Shown here piece by piece: positions 1 through 9,597 of a DNA stretch of 64,000 nucleotides. Source of the stretch: Spirochaetaceae bacterium UBA4077 (GTDB lineage Bacteria > Spirochaetota > Spirochaetia > Treponematales > Rectinemataceae); NCBI GenBank assembly GCA_002383375.1, contig DFYR01000040.1, positions 5,522 to 69,521 on the forward strand, written 5' to 3'. A model generated the notes under the pieces. That model was not told where the DNA came from. It did not search any database and saw only the letters and a program-made list of their open reading frames with translations. Each line of letters begins with the position of its first letter. Positions within the stretch are counted from its first letter, which is position 1. Position numbers and translations under genes: made by a program.

Positions 1-223
1 TGAAGACTTCGCCGTCGGCCGCCACGCGGGGCGCCGACATGGCTTCGATGGTCACTCCCTTGTCGCTCCGGGCGAAGATAACGAAGGTGCCGTAGGCCTT
101 GACGGCGGTTATCTGGGCCGGGTCGAGGTCGTTGGCGGTGAAGAATTCCTCGGCGCCCAGCGTGGCGGCCGCAAACAGGCCGGTTGTCAGGCAGAACAAC
201 AAGAATATCTTTTTCCCTTTCAT
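1..223 (-). CDS. exported hypothetical protein (N-terminal part; gene runs off the window start)
   Basis: Open frame from ATG at 221-223 to position 1, with GGAGG about 7 nt upstream. MKGKKIFLLFCLTTGLFAAATLGA looks like a Sec signal peptide. It is absent from the ORF track because there is no stop in the window. Confidence 0.5.
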   Translation of the reverse strand, partial: MKGKKIFLLFCLTTGLFAAATLGAEEFFTANDLDPAQITAVKAYGTFVIFARSDKGVTIEAMSAPRVAADGEVF

Positions 224-360
224 GGACATGCCTCCTCTACAGTACGACAATCCCCTATAGCTAAGCGGGGCGTATTACTAGTATACAATTGCCTTTTTAT
301 ACAAAACAGGCCGTTTTTTGGACAAATGCGGCTTGGCACCGATTCCCTTAATATTCTTGC

Positions 361-1062
361 TCAAAGGCTTTGGGATTGCTTGGACAGGGTGCGCTGGTAG
401 CTGGCATCCAGGTGCATGTGCATTGTCTTATAGGATTGCTCCGGATCCCGGGCGGCTATCGCCTGGTAAATACGTCGATGTTCCTCGAGGGCATGGCGGT
501 GATCCTCGGTAGTGCGGGGGGCGTCCTTGTAGGTCTTGGTGATCGACTCCATGATAATGGGGATAATGCGGGTAATAACCGGGTTCTTAGTAGCTTCGGC
601 GATACTCCGGTGAAAGCTGAGCTCAGCTTCTATATTTACCTTATTCTGAAGGACAATATCCTCCATTTCCTGGACGCTGGCGCCGATGGCCGCGATGGCC
701 GCTTCGTCGGCGTTCTGGGCCGCCAGCCTGGCCACGCCTGGCTCGATGATGATGCGGGCTTCTATGAGTGCCAGCCGCATATTAGAACTGACAACAAAGT
801 CCAGACCAAGGGGATCTTCGGAGATACCGGGCATCTGGCGCACGAAGGTGCCCTTACCGCGGCGGATCTCAATAATCCCCTGGGATACGAGCACCTTCAC
901 GGCCTCTCTGATGGTAGGCCGGGACACTGAAAAGTGTCCGCAGAGCTCCATTTCGTTGGGAAGCTTCTCGCCCGGCTTGAGCTTATTGTCGCGGATCAGA
1001 GTCTTGATGTGCGAAGCGACTTCCTGGGAGCGGCGGGGTTCCATTGATAGATTTTTGTACAT
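361..1062 (-). CDS. GntR/FadR-family transcriptional regulator (wHTH + FCD domain)
   Basis: The N-terminal wHTH (LPNEMELCGHFSVSRPTIREAVKVLVSQGIIEIRRGKGTFV) and helical C-terminal domain are typical of the FadR subfamily. I prefer the start MYKNLS at 1062 (GAGGAAGG upstream) over the track start at 1101, which sits inside a TATAAT box. Confidence 0.85.
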   Translation of the reverse strand: MYKNLSMEPRRSQEVASHIKTLIRDNKLKPGEKLPNEMELCGHFSVSRPTIREAVKVLVSQGIIEIRRGKGTFVRQMPGISEDPLGLDFVVSSNMRLALIEARIIIEPGVARLAAQNADEAAIAAIGASVQEMEDIVLQNKVNIEAELSFHRSIAEATKNPVITRIIPIIMESITKTYKDAPRTTEDHRHALEEHRRIYQAIAARDPEQSYKTMHMHLDASYQRTLSKQSQSL

Positions 1063-1099
1063 AGCCTTCCTCGCCCGGAATAGGCCGGGGTTTATTTTC

Positions 1100-1147
1100 A
1101 TTATATACCATCTGGCGATGAGGACAAGCTATGGGAGGTCAGACCTC
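1100..1147 (-). promoter_or_regulatory. candidate sigma-70 promoter plus palindromic GntR-type operator
   Basis: Read on the minus strand: -35 TTGTCC (1127-1122), 16-nt spacer, -10 TATAAT (1105-1100). A perfect 13-bp palindrome GAGGTCAGACCTC (1135-1147) with a GGT-N3-ACC core lies just upstream. Confidence 0.4.
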
Positions 1148-1194
1148 ATATCTCCTGCCGGTCTGGGTAAAAGGCGGCTGGCTTTGAAAGCTGC

Positions 1195-2427
1195 TCATTC
1201 CTCCAGAAACGCGGTTTCCTCGGGGCGGGCGACCACGTGGGGCGAACCGAGCCCAAGGAGTTTTTCAATTTCCTCGCTCTTCTTACCCTTTATCGCGCTT
1301 AGCTCGGTGGAGGAAAAATTCGTTATGAGTTTTGCCTTATTGTTGACCAGAACTACTGAATCGCGGCCGAAGTCACCCTGGACGTTTACCACGCCGCGCG
1401 GCAGAAGGGATTTGTGCGCCCTCATGGCTGCGAAGGCTCCTTCGTCTACGCTAAGGCTGCCCTTGGGCTGGGAATTTTTAAGCCAGCGGATTCTGTTCTT
1501 GAGGGCGCCCTCCGCGTCGAAGAGGGTGCCTATCGGCTCACCGGAGAGGAGTCTGGAGATAACCCGAGGCTCCCTGCCGTGGGCGATTACGACCCGACAA
1601 CCCGCATCTCGAGCAATCTCCACCGCCGCCAGCTTGGTTTTCATGCCGCCGGTGGAAAACTCCGAACCTCGTCCTCCCGCGAAAGAGCGCTGCTCCCCGG
1701 TGAGCCTGCGCACGTAGGGCACCGGTCTTGCCTGGGGATTCGTCCTGGGATCGGCATCGTAGAGGTAATCCACGTCCGAAAGGATTATAAGGAGATCCGC
1801 CCCTATTTTGCTGGCCACATAGGCGGAAAGCCTGTCGTTGTCCCCGAAGGCATTGCCGATTTCTGCCGTGGAAAGAGTATCGTTTTCGTTAAAAACGGGA
1901 ACGACCCGGTCGGCCAGCAGTGTTTCAATGGTAGCCTGGAGGTTCAGGTAGGAAGCCCTATCGTCCCAGGCGTCCCGGGTTACTAGGAGCTGGGCGGCGG
2001 TGAGGCCGTAGACGCCGAAGGCTTTTCGGTATTCTTCCATAAGAATAGGCTGGCCGATGGCGGCGCAGGCCTGGCGCATCCTTACTTCGGTTAGTCGTTT
2101 CGCGATGCCAAGCTCCCGGGCACCCATGCCGATAGCTCCCGAGGTGACGAGAATCAGCTGCTTGCCCGCGGCTACCAGCTCTGAGAACTGTTCGGCTACC
2201 TGGTGGATATAGGCGCTGTCCACCCCTGGCCGGCCCGTGTCGGCTCCGGAGGGCTTGTGAAAGCGGGTAAGGCGGACTGGGGCGCCTTTCGGTTTTGTTA
2301 TGGTCGCGGTACCGATTTTTACCACGATCCGAGTCGCCGCGGCCAGGGCGGCCCTGGCCGCCCTGGCCGCGGCTTCCTCGCTTACCGCCTGGAGGGTAGC
2401 TGTATTCAAAGCATCGGTCTGCATCAT
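1195..2427 (-). CDS. proB: glutamate 5-kinase with C-terminal PUA domain
   Basis: Amino-acid-kinase fold blocks IVVKIGTATIT and LILVTSGAIGMG, plus a PUA-like C-terminus. The ATGATG start at 2427 sits directly after the proA stop (2429-2431). Confidence 0.9.
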   Translation of the reverse strand: MMQTDALNTATLQAVSEEAAARAARAALAAATRIVVKIGTATITKPKGAPVRLTRFHKPSGADTGRPGVDSAYIHQVAEQFSELVAAGKQLILVTSGAIGMGARELGIAKRLTEVRMRQACAAIGQPILMEEYRKAFGVYGLTAAQLLVTRDAWDDRASYLNLQATIETLLADRVVPVFNENDTLSTAEIGNAFGDNDRLSAYVASKIGADLLIILSDVDYLYDADPRTNPQARPVPYVRRLTGEQRSFAGGRGSEFSTGGMKTKLAAVEIARDAGCRVVIAHGREPRVISRLLSGEPIGTLFDAEGALKNRIRWLKNSQPKGSLSVDEGAFAAMRAHKSLLPRGVVNVQGDFGRDSVVLVNNKAKLITNFSSTELSAIKGKKSEEIEKLLGLGSPHVVARPEETAFLEE

Positions 2428-2428
2428 A

Positions 2429-3790
2429 TCACAGCCCCTTTTCGTCCAGCGGAAGATCCTTGTGCACAAAGCCCCGCTTGCCGGATGCATAATCAGCGAC
2501 GATCTGGCCAGAGCCTTCTAAAAGCCACTTGTAGCTCAAGAGCCCTTGCAGCCCCATAGGGCCTCTGGCGTGTAGTTTGCCGGTGGAGATGCCCACCTCG
2601 GCGCCCAGGCCGTAGCGGTAGCCATCTGAGAAGCGGGTGCTGGCGTTATGATATACCGAAGATGAATCCACTCCTGCCATGAACCGGGCGGCTGCTTCGC
2701 CGGAAGCCGATACTATGGCGTCGGTGTGGCCGGAGCCGTATTTATTGATATGCTCGATAGCCTCTTCCAGAGAATCGACGATTTTTACCGCCATGCGTGT
2801 ATCCAGGTACTCCACCGACCAATCTTCGTCGTGCTTGACCGAATATGCCGGCAGCTTGGGTTCGGTTTGGGCCGAAGTCTCAGGAGAGCCGTCTTCGGAG
2901 GCTTTCTGCAATAGCAAAGCCTCGCTTCGCGGGCAGATGTCCAGTCGAACCCCCACCTCGGCCAGGTTCGATACCAGGGGAAGAAGTTCTCTCTCGGCGT
3001 AGCCCTTGTGGACTAGCAGCACTTCCGCCGCGTTGCAGGCGGCGGGGTACTGGATTTTTGAATCGATAGCGATGGCGGTTGCCATAGCCGGATCGGCGTC
3101 CTTATGAACGTATACATGACAGACCCCATCGGAGTGTCCAAGGACGGGAATGCTGCTCGTGGCCTGAATCCGGGCGACGAATTCCTTAGATCCCCTGGGG
3201 ATCACCAGATCAACATAGCGATCTAGGCGCAGAAGACTTCCGATTTCTTCCCTGGTTTCCAAGGCAACAAGCCAATTGGATGGCAAACCAGCACTCTCGC
3301 CGGCTTGGGCGATGAGCGCGGAGAGGACTCGGTTGGTTTTTTTTGCCTCGCTGCCGCCTTTAAGGACAATGGCGTTTCCACTTTTTGCTGCCAGGCATGC
3401 CATCTGTATCAGGGCATCGGGTCTGCTTTCGAAAATTGTGGCCACAAGGCCGATGGGACAGGATACCCGGTGCAAGACTAGTCCCTTGTCCAAAAGCCGG
3501 GCTTCTAAGATTTTACCGCAGGGATCGGGCAGTTTGATGAGGGCTTCGATGCCTTTGAGGGCTTCGTCGATTTTGGCGCCGCTGAATCCCAATCGATTTA
3601 GCAAAGGTAGAGGAAGGGCGGAACGCTCCGCCGCGGCTATATCGGCGGCGTTTGCCGTCTCGATCTGGGCTCTGGACTGGTCTATGCGCTGTGCTATGGC
3701 GCCTAGCGCCTTGTCCTTGACCTCGGAGCCGATGCCGAGAAAGGCAACAGCTGCCTTGGATCCCAGCCGGACTCTCTGTTCTGTATCCAT
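2429..3790 (-). CDS. proA: gamma-glutamyl phosphate reductase
   Basis: ALDH-like fold with the catalytic-Cys block YPAACNAAEVLLVH. The MDTEQRVRLG start at 3790 gives the usual length. The track start at 3847 would add a 19-aa extension, so the start is uncertain. Confidence 0.85.
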   Translation of the reverse strand: MDTEQRVRLGSKAAVAFLGIGSEVKDKALGAIAQRIDQSRAQIETANAADIAAAERSALPLPLLNRLGFSGAKIDEALKGIEALIKLPDPCGKILEARLLDKGLVLHRVSCPIGLVATIFESRPDALIQMACLAAKSGNAIVLKGGSEAKKTNRVLSALIAQAGESAGLPSNWLVALETREEIGSLLRLDRYVDLVIPRGSKEFVARIQATSSIPVLGHSDGVCHVYVHKDADPAMATAIAIDSKIQYPAACNAAEVLLVHKGYAERELLPLVSNLAEVGVRLDICPRSEALLLQKASEDGSPETSAQTEPKLPAYSVKHDEDWSVEYLDTRMAVKIVDSLEEAIEHINKYGSGHTDAIVSASGEAAARFMAGVDSSSVYHNASTRFSDGYRYGLGAEVGISTGKLHARGPMGLQGLLSYKWLLEGSGQIVADYASGKRGFVHKDLPLDEKGL

Positions 3791-4061
3791 GTGCGCCAGC
3801 GTATCAGAAAAAAAAACAATAGCCAACAGGAGTCCTTGTTTCGTCATCCCAAGCTTCCAGGGCGACCCAGGCTTTCCAGGCCACCCAAGCCCCTGCTGAA
3901 CCCGCCTGAATCTTCACGCCTGTCGTTTCTCCCCCGCATACACCTGTACCTAAAACACAATGTTTACTAGCCGCTGCGCACAGAAGGTTGACGCAAACCT
4001 GGAAAGACCTATACCCTTTACGAAAGAGGCCGGGTTGTACTGCTGCCTCAAGGAGGATGGT

Positions 4062-4763
4062 ATGGAAAATAAAAAATCCTTCGACAAGGAAACTGATTAT
4101 TTCGATGCAGGTCCGGGGACGTTGGCGATTAACTTTCTCGGTCACGGATCTCTGGCTATGGAGTTGGGCGATTTTGTAGTCTATGTCGACGCGGTGAGCG
4201 ATTACGGAATTTACACTAAGTATCCCAAAGCCGACCTGGTTCTTGTCACTCACGAGCACGCCGACCATCTGGACAGCACAGTGATAAAAACCCTGAGCAA
4301 GACCGGTACCCGGCTCATACTGTCCCAGCCGGCTAAAAACAAGCTTGGGGCTGGCGAAGTCTTAAAGCACGGGCAAGTACAGAAAATTACCGTTCCCGGG
4401 TGGAGCAGCGAAATTGAAATCTCAGCAGTGCCAGCATATAATATAAGCCAGGGACGAACGCAATTTCACCCAAAGGAACGAAAGGACAACGGCTATATTC
4501 TCACCATCGGCTCGCTGCGCATCTACGTTGCTGGCGACACGGAAGATATTCCGGAGATAAGCGATCTTGGACGCATCGACATAGCCTTTTTGCCGATGAA
4601 CCAGCCTTATACGATGCTGCCAGAACAGGTGGCCGCGGCTGCCCGACGCATCAAGCCGTCGATACTGTATCCTTACCACTTCGGTAGCAGCGATACAGAA
4701 AGGCTAATAAAACTGCTGGAAGGAGAAAAGGACATCGAGGTTCGCGTGCGTAAAATGCAGTGA
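4062..4763 (+). CDS. MBL-fold metallo-hydrolase
   Basis: HxHxDH motif VTHEHADHLD. AGGAGG lies 6 nt before the ATG at 4062; the track start at 3960 is probably too early. Confidence 0.8.
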   Translation: MENKKSFDKETDYFDAGPGTLAINFLGHGSLAMELGDFVVYVDAVSDYGIYTKYPKADLVLVTHEHADHLDSTVIKTLSKTGTRLILSQPAKNKLGAGEVLKHGQVQKITVPGWSSEIEISAVPAYNISQGRTQFHPKERKDNGYILTIGSLRIYVAGDTEDIPEISDLGRIDIAFLPMNQPYTMLPEQVAAAARRIKPSILYPYHFGSSDTERLIKLLEGEKDIEVRVRKMQ

Positions 4764-5007
4764 CAGCTCCGCCGTAAAATTAGAAATGGAAACGGCACTT
4801 TTTTCGACCAAAAAAGGTAATAAAATTTGCGTTGGCCGATTTAAATAAGATTAATATAGCGCGCAACCTTCAGCTAAGGCATCGAAGCTATCTAAGCCGA
4901 CCAAGGACATGGATGGTATATGATCCAGGATCTGAAGATTCTCTTTACATTGCCTCAGACGCTGCCTGAAAAGATAAAAAAGTATCGAATGAACTAAAAA
5001 ATCCAGG

Positions 5008-5035
5008 TTGACTTGCGCATCTTTGCCCGTATAAT
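5008..5035 (+). promoter_or_regulatory. sigma-70 promoter candidate (TTGACT-16 nt-TATAAT)
   Basis: TTGACT at 5008-5013 and TATAAT at 5030-5035, at the end of a 356-nt AT-rich spacer and about 85 nt upstream of the GTG at 5120. Confidence 0.55.
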
Positions 5036-5119
5036 GGATTTCTTAGAGGCGCTTTGAGGTTCTACATCAACCTGATCCTCTAAAAGCGGCGACATCCTTA
5101 GTTTCTCGGAGTAGCTCCC

Positions 5120-5821
5120 GTGCCTGTCGGATTTGTGTGGTTTGACCTTGGGTATACCCTTCTCTATAACGAAAGAGAAGAATTTTTTTTAAAATTGCTT
5201 GAAAGCCGCGGTCTTAAGCGGAGCGAAAACCAGATAGAGCTGGCGTTTCATAGTATAGATAAACGGTTTATGCGCGAATACCCCGGCTTGCTGGGAAGCC
5301 CTGCACAAGAGTTCATGCCCCGCTATTTCAGCCAGCTTTGCGAATACCTGGGCATCGACGGGGATCTGCTGAGCTTTCTCGACCAGTGGCTCGAGGCCTG
5401 GGAGGCGAAACGGCTGGAATGGCTGGCATACCCATTCGTCCCGGGGCTTCTGAAGGAACTCGGCAGGCGAGGCTACAGGCTGGGAGTGATCTCCAACTGG
5501 GATCCCAGCGCCCGGCCGATTCTCAAGCGGCTGGGGATTCTGGATTTTTTCGAGGTGACAGTAATATCCAGCGAGGTCGGCGTGACCAAACCGGACAGGA
5601 AAATATTTGAAGTCGCCCTGGAAAAAGCCTCGGTCAGCTCCGAAAAGTGTCTTTATGTGGGGGATAACTATTACGATGACGCCGTGGGAGCAAGCACGGT
5701 CGGTATGGAGTATAAGATCATAAACCGCTTCGGCAATTTCGGTGTGGAGGAGCTGGACAAGTCCATCCTTATACGCGATGTCACCGAGCTTCTGCCCTGC
5801 CTTGAAAAGGAGCGTCGATGA
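5120..5821 (+). CDS. HAD-superfamily hydrolase (subfamily IA-like)
   Basis: Motif I FDLGYT, motif II ISNWD, motif IV VGDNYYDD. GTG start; 4-nt overlap with the next gene. Confidence 0.8.
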   Translation: MPVGFVWFDLGYTLLYNEREEFFLKLLESRGLKRSENQIELAFHSIDKRFMREYPGLLGSPAQEFMPRYFSQLCEYLGIDGDLLSFLDQWLEAWEAKRLEWLAYPFVPGLLKELGRRGYRLGVISNWDPSARPILKRLGILDFFEVTVISSEVGVTKPDRKIFEVALEKASVSSEKCLYVGDNYYDDAVGASTVGMEYKIINRFGNFGVEELDKSILIRDVTELLPCLEKERR

Positions 5822-6558
5822 GCGAGTTCTCGCTGACTGTAATAGGTCACTGGGGCGCCTATCCCAGCCGCGGGGAAGCCACCAGCTGCTATCTGCTCCA
5901 GGCGGAAGACACCTCGGTTTTGCTGGACTGCGGTTCGGGAGCCCTATCGGTGCTTCAGGAGCATATGTTCCTGGCCGATATCGACGCGGTTATCCTGAGC
6001 CATTATCATGCCGACCACATTGCCGACTTGGGCTGCCTCCAGTATGCCGCGCTTATCGACATGGACCTGAACAGGAGGCAGAAGCCCTTAAGGATATACG
6101 GACACGACAGCTATACTCATACCGATATCCTGAGCTACAAAAATTGCGCCCTGGGCCAGACCTACGACAGGAACAGCCTGCTGGAGATCGGTCCTTTCAG
6201 GTTCAGCTTCGCGCCCACGACCCACCCCGATCCCTGCTTTGCCATTCGCGCCGAATACGGGTCGTCATCCCTGGTTTATTCGGGCGATACAGAGCCCTGT
6301 TGGGAACTAGTCCCCTTTTCCGAAGGCGCCAGCCTCCTGCTCTGCGAAACCAGCCTTTACGACCTCTATAAAGGCAAGATCCCCGGCCATATGAGCGCAG
6401 GCGAGGCGGGGGAACTCGCTCTCGCTGCGGGTGTCGGCAGACTCGTCGCTACTCATCTGCCCCACTGGGGGGCGCATAACGATTTGCTGGCACAAGCCAA
6501 GGCAACCTTCGGCGGCGAAACCATGCTGGCGCAAAAGTCGCTGCATTTAGAGTTGTGA
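5818..6558 (+). CDS. MBL-fold metallo-hydrolase
   Basis: SHYHADHIADLG (HxHxDH). ATGA overlap with the HAD gene. Confidence 0.8.
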   Translation: MSEFSLTVIGHWGAYPSRGEATSCYLLQAEDTSVLLDCGSGALSVLQEHMFLADIDAVILSHYHADHIADLGCLQYAALIDMDLNRRQKPLRIYGHDSYTHTDILSYKNCALGQTYDRNSLLEIGPFRFSFAPTTHPDPCFAIRAEYGSSSLVYSGDTEPCWELVPFSEGASLLLCETSLYDLYKGKIPGHMSAGEAGELALAAGVGRLVATHLPHWGAHNDLLAQAKATFGGETMLAQKSLHLEL

Positions 6559-6616
6559 CAACGATGAAAAACATGAACACCAATGCTAAAATCCACCCAG
6601 GAGGGCGGGAAAACAG

Positions 6617-7543
6617 ATGGATCTAGTCCGATTTTTCGTCAAACGCTTTTTACGACTCCTCCTTACGGTCTTAATCATTTCCACCCTTATATTCTTCGTG
6701 ATACGGATCATCCCAGGCGATCCGGCCCTCATCATAGCCGGCGTGGACGCGTCGGCCGAGGATATACAGATAATCCGTGAAAAGTTGGGTACCGACCGTT
6801 CCTTGCCCATGCAGTACCTGGCCTGGCTGTATTCAATAATCAGGTTCGATTTCGGCAACTCCATGATCTCGGGTGAGTCGGTGACCAAACTCATTTTCGA
6901 ACGATTCCCCCTCACCCTCACCCTGGCGCTCATGGGCATCTCCATTGGAATTCTGGTAGCCATACCTCTGGGCGTGATGTCGGCGGTCAAGCGATGGTCT
7001 CTCTGGGATTACTTCGGGCTTGTTTTCTCCCAAGCGGGAATGGCTATTCCGAGTTTTTGGCTGGGCATGGTGCTTCTGCTCCTGTTTGCGGTAAAAATAC
7101 CCATTTTCCCCCTCTTTGGCTCAGAAACCTTCGCCCACTACATTCTGCCCGCCCTGTCTCTGGGTTTTGGTAGAGCTGCGGTAATTCTCCGGCTGGCACG
7201 GGCATCCATGGTGGAAGAGCTGTCCAAGGAGTATGTCATTACAGCTCGTGCCAAGGGCCTGACGGAGACAATGGTCAAGTACAAGCATGCCCTTAAAAAT
7301 GCCCTATTGCCGGTAATAACCATAACCGGCATCGAGCTGGGCTACATGCTGGGCGGTGCTATCATCATCGAACAGGTATTCTCGCTTCCAGGCTTGGGCA
7401 GGCTCTTCCTCTTCGGTATTTACCAGCGGGATTTCACCCTGATACAGGGCGGAGTGGTATTCGTGGCCATCGTCTTTTCGATGATCAACTTCCTGGCCGA
7501 CATCCTCTACAGCGTTGTCAATCCAAAGATAAGGGTCGAATGA
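6617..7543 (+). CDS. ABC transporter permease (DppB/OppB type)
   Basis: Six-TM BPD_transp_1 permease with the EAA-like block EYVITARAKGLTETMVKYKHALKNALLP. Confidence 0.9.
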   Translation: MDLVRFFVKRFLRLLLTVLIISTLIFFVIRIIPGDPALIIAGVDASAEDIQIIREKLGTDRSLPMQYLAWLYSIIRFDFGNSMISGESVTKLIFERFPLTLTLALMGISIGILVAIPLGVMSAVKRWSLWDYFGLVFSQAGMAIPSFWLGMVLLLLFAVKIPIFPLFGSETFAHYILPALSLGFGRAAVILRLARASMVEELSKEYVITARAKGLTETMVKYKHALKNALLPVITITGIELGYMLGGAIIIEQVFSLPGLGRLFLFGIYQRDFTLIQGGVVFVAIVFSMINFLADILYSVVNPKIRVE

Positions 7544-8532
7544 TGGCTGAAAACCAAGCACTGCTGAAAGTTGAAAACCTCGGGGTCTGCTTTACCCATG
7601 GAGCCATGAAAGCCCACGCCCTACGGGGCATCGACCTGTCCTTTTATCGGGAAGAGATCCACGGCCTGGTGGGCGAGTCAGGCTCCGGGAAGACGGTCAC
7701 ATCAACCTGCATTATCGGGCTTCTACCCTCACCACCCGGGGAATACACCTCGGGGCGCATACTGTTCGATGGGGTGGACCTACTCGGCCTCAGTCAGGCC
7801 GAGATGCGGACGTATCGCGGCAGAAAGATCGCCATGGTCTTCCAGGAGCCTTCGAAGTATCTGAACCCGGCTTTCAAGATCGGGGAACAGATCACCGAAA
7901 TGCTGAAGCTCCATCTGGACATGAACAAGGAGCAAGCCCGCCAGAGGGCCATAGAGCTTCTGGGTCTGGTGGGCTTAGGCAAGGATGGCCGCGTCCTGGA
8001 TTCCTATCCCCACGAGCTCTCGGGGGGCATGAAGCAGCGGGCTATGATCGCCATAGCGATTTCCTGCAATCCTGAGTTCCTCATAGCCGACGAGCCCACC
8101 ACCGCCCTTGACGTGACCCTCCAGCTGCAGATTCTCAGGCTGATAAAAAAGCTCAAAGACCTATTGGGGATGGGCGTCCTCTTTATCTCCCATGACCTGG
8201 GCGTGGTAAAGGAGGTCGCCGACAGGGTGTCGGTGATCTACGCGGGGAGGATCGTAGAAAGCTCGACCAAGGGCATGCTTTTCGAAAATCCCTTGCACCC
8301 CTATACGAAGCTCCTCATGGCCTCCATACCCGATGCCCGCAAACGAGGCCAGCGCCTGGCCACGATCCCCGGCCGGGTTCCAGACGCTGACGCCACGCCT
8401 TCGGGCTGCGCCTTCCATCCGCGCTGCCCCTTGGCGGACGAACGCTGCAAAACCGAGAATCCGGAGCTGAAGGGAAAGGAAAACGGGCACGCGGCGGCGT
8501 GCCACCACGCAGGTGAATCATGGAACATCTGA
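7540..8532 (+). CDS. ABC transporter ATP-binding protein (DppD/OppD type)
   Basis: Walker A GESGSGKT, signature LSGGMKQR, Walker B FLIADEPT, and an oligopeptide-type Cys-rich C-terminus. Confidence 0.9.
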   Translation: MMAENQALLKVENLGVCFTHGAMKAHALRGIDLSFYREEIHGLVGESGSGKTVTSTCIIGLLPSPPGEYTSGRILFDGVDLLGLSQAEMRTYRGRKIAMVFQEPSKYLNPAFKIGEQITEMLKLHLDMNKEQARQRAIELLGLVGLGKDGRVLDSYPHELSGGMKQRAMIAIAISCNPEFLIADEPTTALDVTLQLQILRLIKKLKDLLGMGVLFISHDLGVVKEVADRVSVIYAGRIVESSTKGMLFENPLHPYTKLLMASIPDARKRGQRLATIPGRVPDADATPSGCAFHPRCPLADERCKTENPELKGKENGHAAACHHAGESWNI

Positions 8533-9524
8533 TCGAATGCAAGGATATCATCAAGATTTACCGCGGCAGGGGGATCGGCGGGGCTTCCCGGGGATTCAAG
8601 GCTGTGGATGGAATCTCGCTTTCCATCAGGAAAACCGAGAGTTACGGGCTGGTGGGCGAATCGGGCTGCGGCAAGACGAGTTTTGCTCGGTCCATCCTCT
8701 ATCTGGATCCGCCCAGTTCGGGCAAGGTTCTCTTCGACGGCACCGAGCTGGGAGCCTTGAGCCGCAAGGAGCTGAGAGGCTTCCGAAAGCGGATGCAGAT
8801 CGTGTTCCAGGATCCTAATTCAGCCCTTAACCCTAAAATGAGCATCCACGACTCCATGTCCGAGGGGCTTATCAACCGGAAGGTTCCCGAGACCGACCGG
8901 GTTAAGCGCATCAAGGAGCTTCTGGAACTGGTAGGCATTAGCTACTCTTACCGAAACCGCTACCCCCACGAATTCTCCGGCGGCCAGAAGCAGCGGATCG
9001 TCGTCGCCAGGGCGTTGACCATGGAGCCCGACTTCATGGTCCTGGACGAACCGGTGTCCAACCTGGATGTGTCCATTCAGGCTCAGATCATCAATCTGCT
9101 TTCGGATCTGAAAAAAGAGTTCGCCCTTACCTACATGTTCATCTCCCATGACCTTAACCTCGTGTCCTACATGTGCGACACTATAGGTGTCATGTTCAAA
9201 GGAAGGATCGTGGAAGAGGCGCCTTCGGAGCTCCTTGTCTCCTCGCCAAAGCATCCGTATACGCGCCGGCTTTTAGCGTCCATCCCCGGCGGCGCCCAGC
9301 GAAGCGGAGCAGAGGACCTGGCGGATGAGGAAGAGTCGGTGGAAACTCTCGCGGCCAGGGCCGGCTCCCGCCAAAAGGAAATGAAGGGAGGCAAGGCCTG
9401 CCCCTATTATCTCTTCTGTCCCCTCGGGGACGGCGAGTGCGTCTCGTCGGCCCCTTCGTTGCGAGATATGGATGGAGGGCACGTCGTGCCCTCGGGACAC
9501 AAAGTGTCCTGTCACAAAGCATGA
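8520..9524 (+). CDS. ABC transporter ATP-binding protein (DppF/OppF type)
   Basis: GESGCGKT, FSGGQKQR, MVLDEP. It carries an acidic low-complexity stretch before the Cys-rich C-terminus. Confidence 0.9.
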   Translation: MEHLIECKDIIKIYRGRGIGGASRGFKAVDGISLSIRKTESYGLVGESGCGKTSFARSILYLDPPSSGKVLFDGTELGALSRKELRGFRKRMQIVFQDPNSALNPKMSIHDSMSEGLINRKVPETDRVKRIKELLELVGISYSYRNRYPHEFSGGQKQRIVVARALTMEPDFMVLDEPVSNLDVSIQAQIINLLSDLKKEFALTYMFISHDLNLVSYMCDTIGVMFKGRIVEEAPSELLVSSPKHPYTRRLLASIPGGAQRSGAEDLADEEESVETLAARAGSRQKEMKGGKACPYYLFCPLGDGECVSSAPSLRDMDGGHVVPSGHKVSCHKA

Positions 9525-9597
9525 CCGGCAGCTGGACCGCGGCCTGACTCGAAGAGCTAGGGCAGTGGTTTCGGGTCGGTTAAAAAAGGAGAGTGCG

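Noticed and set aside
282-304. 7-bp direct repeat TATACAA at 282-288 and 298-304
   Set aside because: It is too short to distinguish from chance in an AT-rich spacer, and I could define no associated promoter.
686-1717. 343-aa plus-strand ORF spanning the GntR and proB regions
   Set aside because: It is antisense to two well-supported genes. The product is Arg/Ser/Pro-rich and matches no family motif. Long stop-free antisense frames are expected in GC-rich coding DNA.
3804-4268. 154-aa minus-strand ORF across the proA/MBL divergent region
   Set aside because: It overlaps the 5' end of the MBL gene and the promoter region. It has no motif and no RBS.
9472-9597. N-terminal extensions given by the ORF track (9472, 46778, 53747, 31007, 3960, 36130, 38197, 29135 and others)
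   Set aside because: Downstream ATGs with good Shine-Dalgarno sequences give family-typical N-termini or signal peptides. The extensions overlap upstream genes or lack an RBS.
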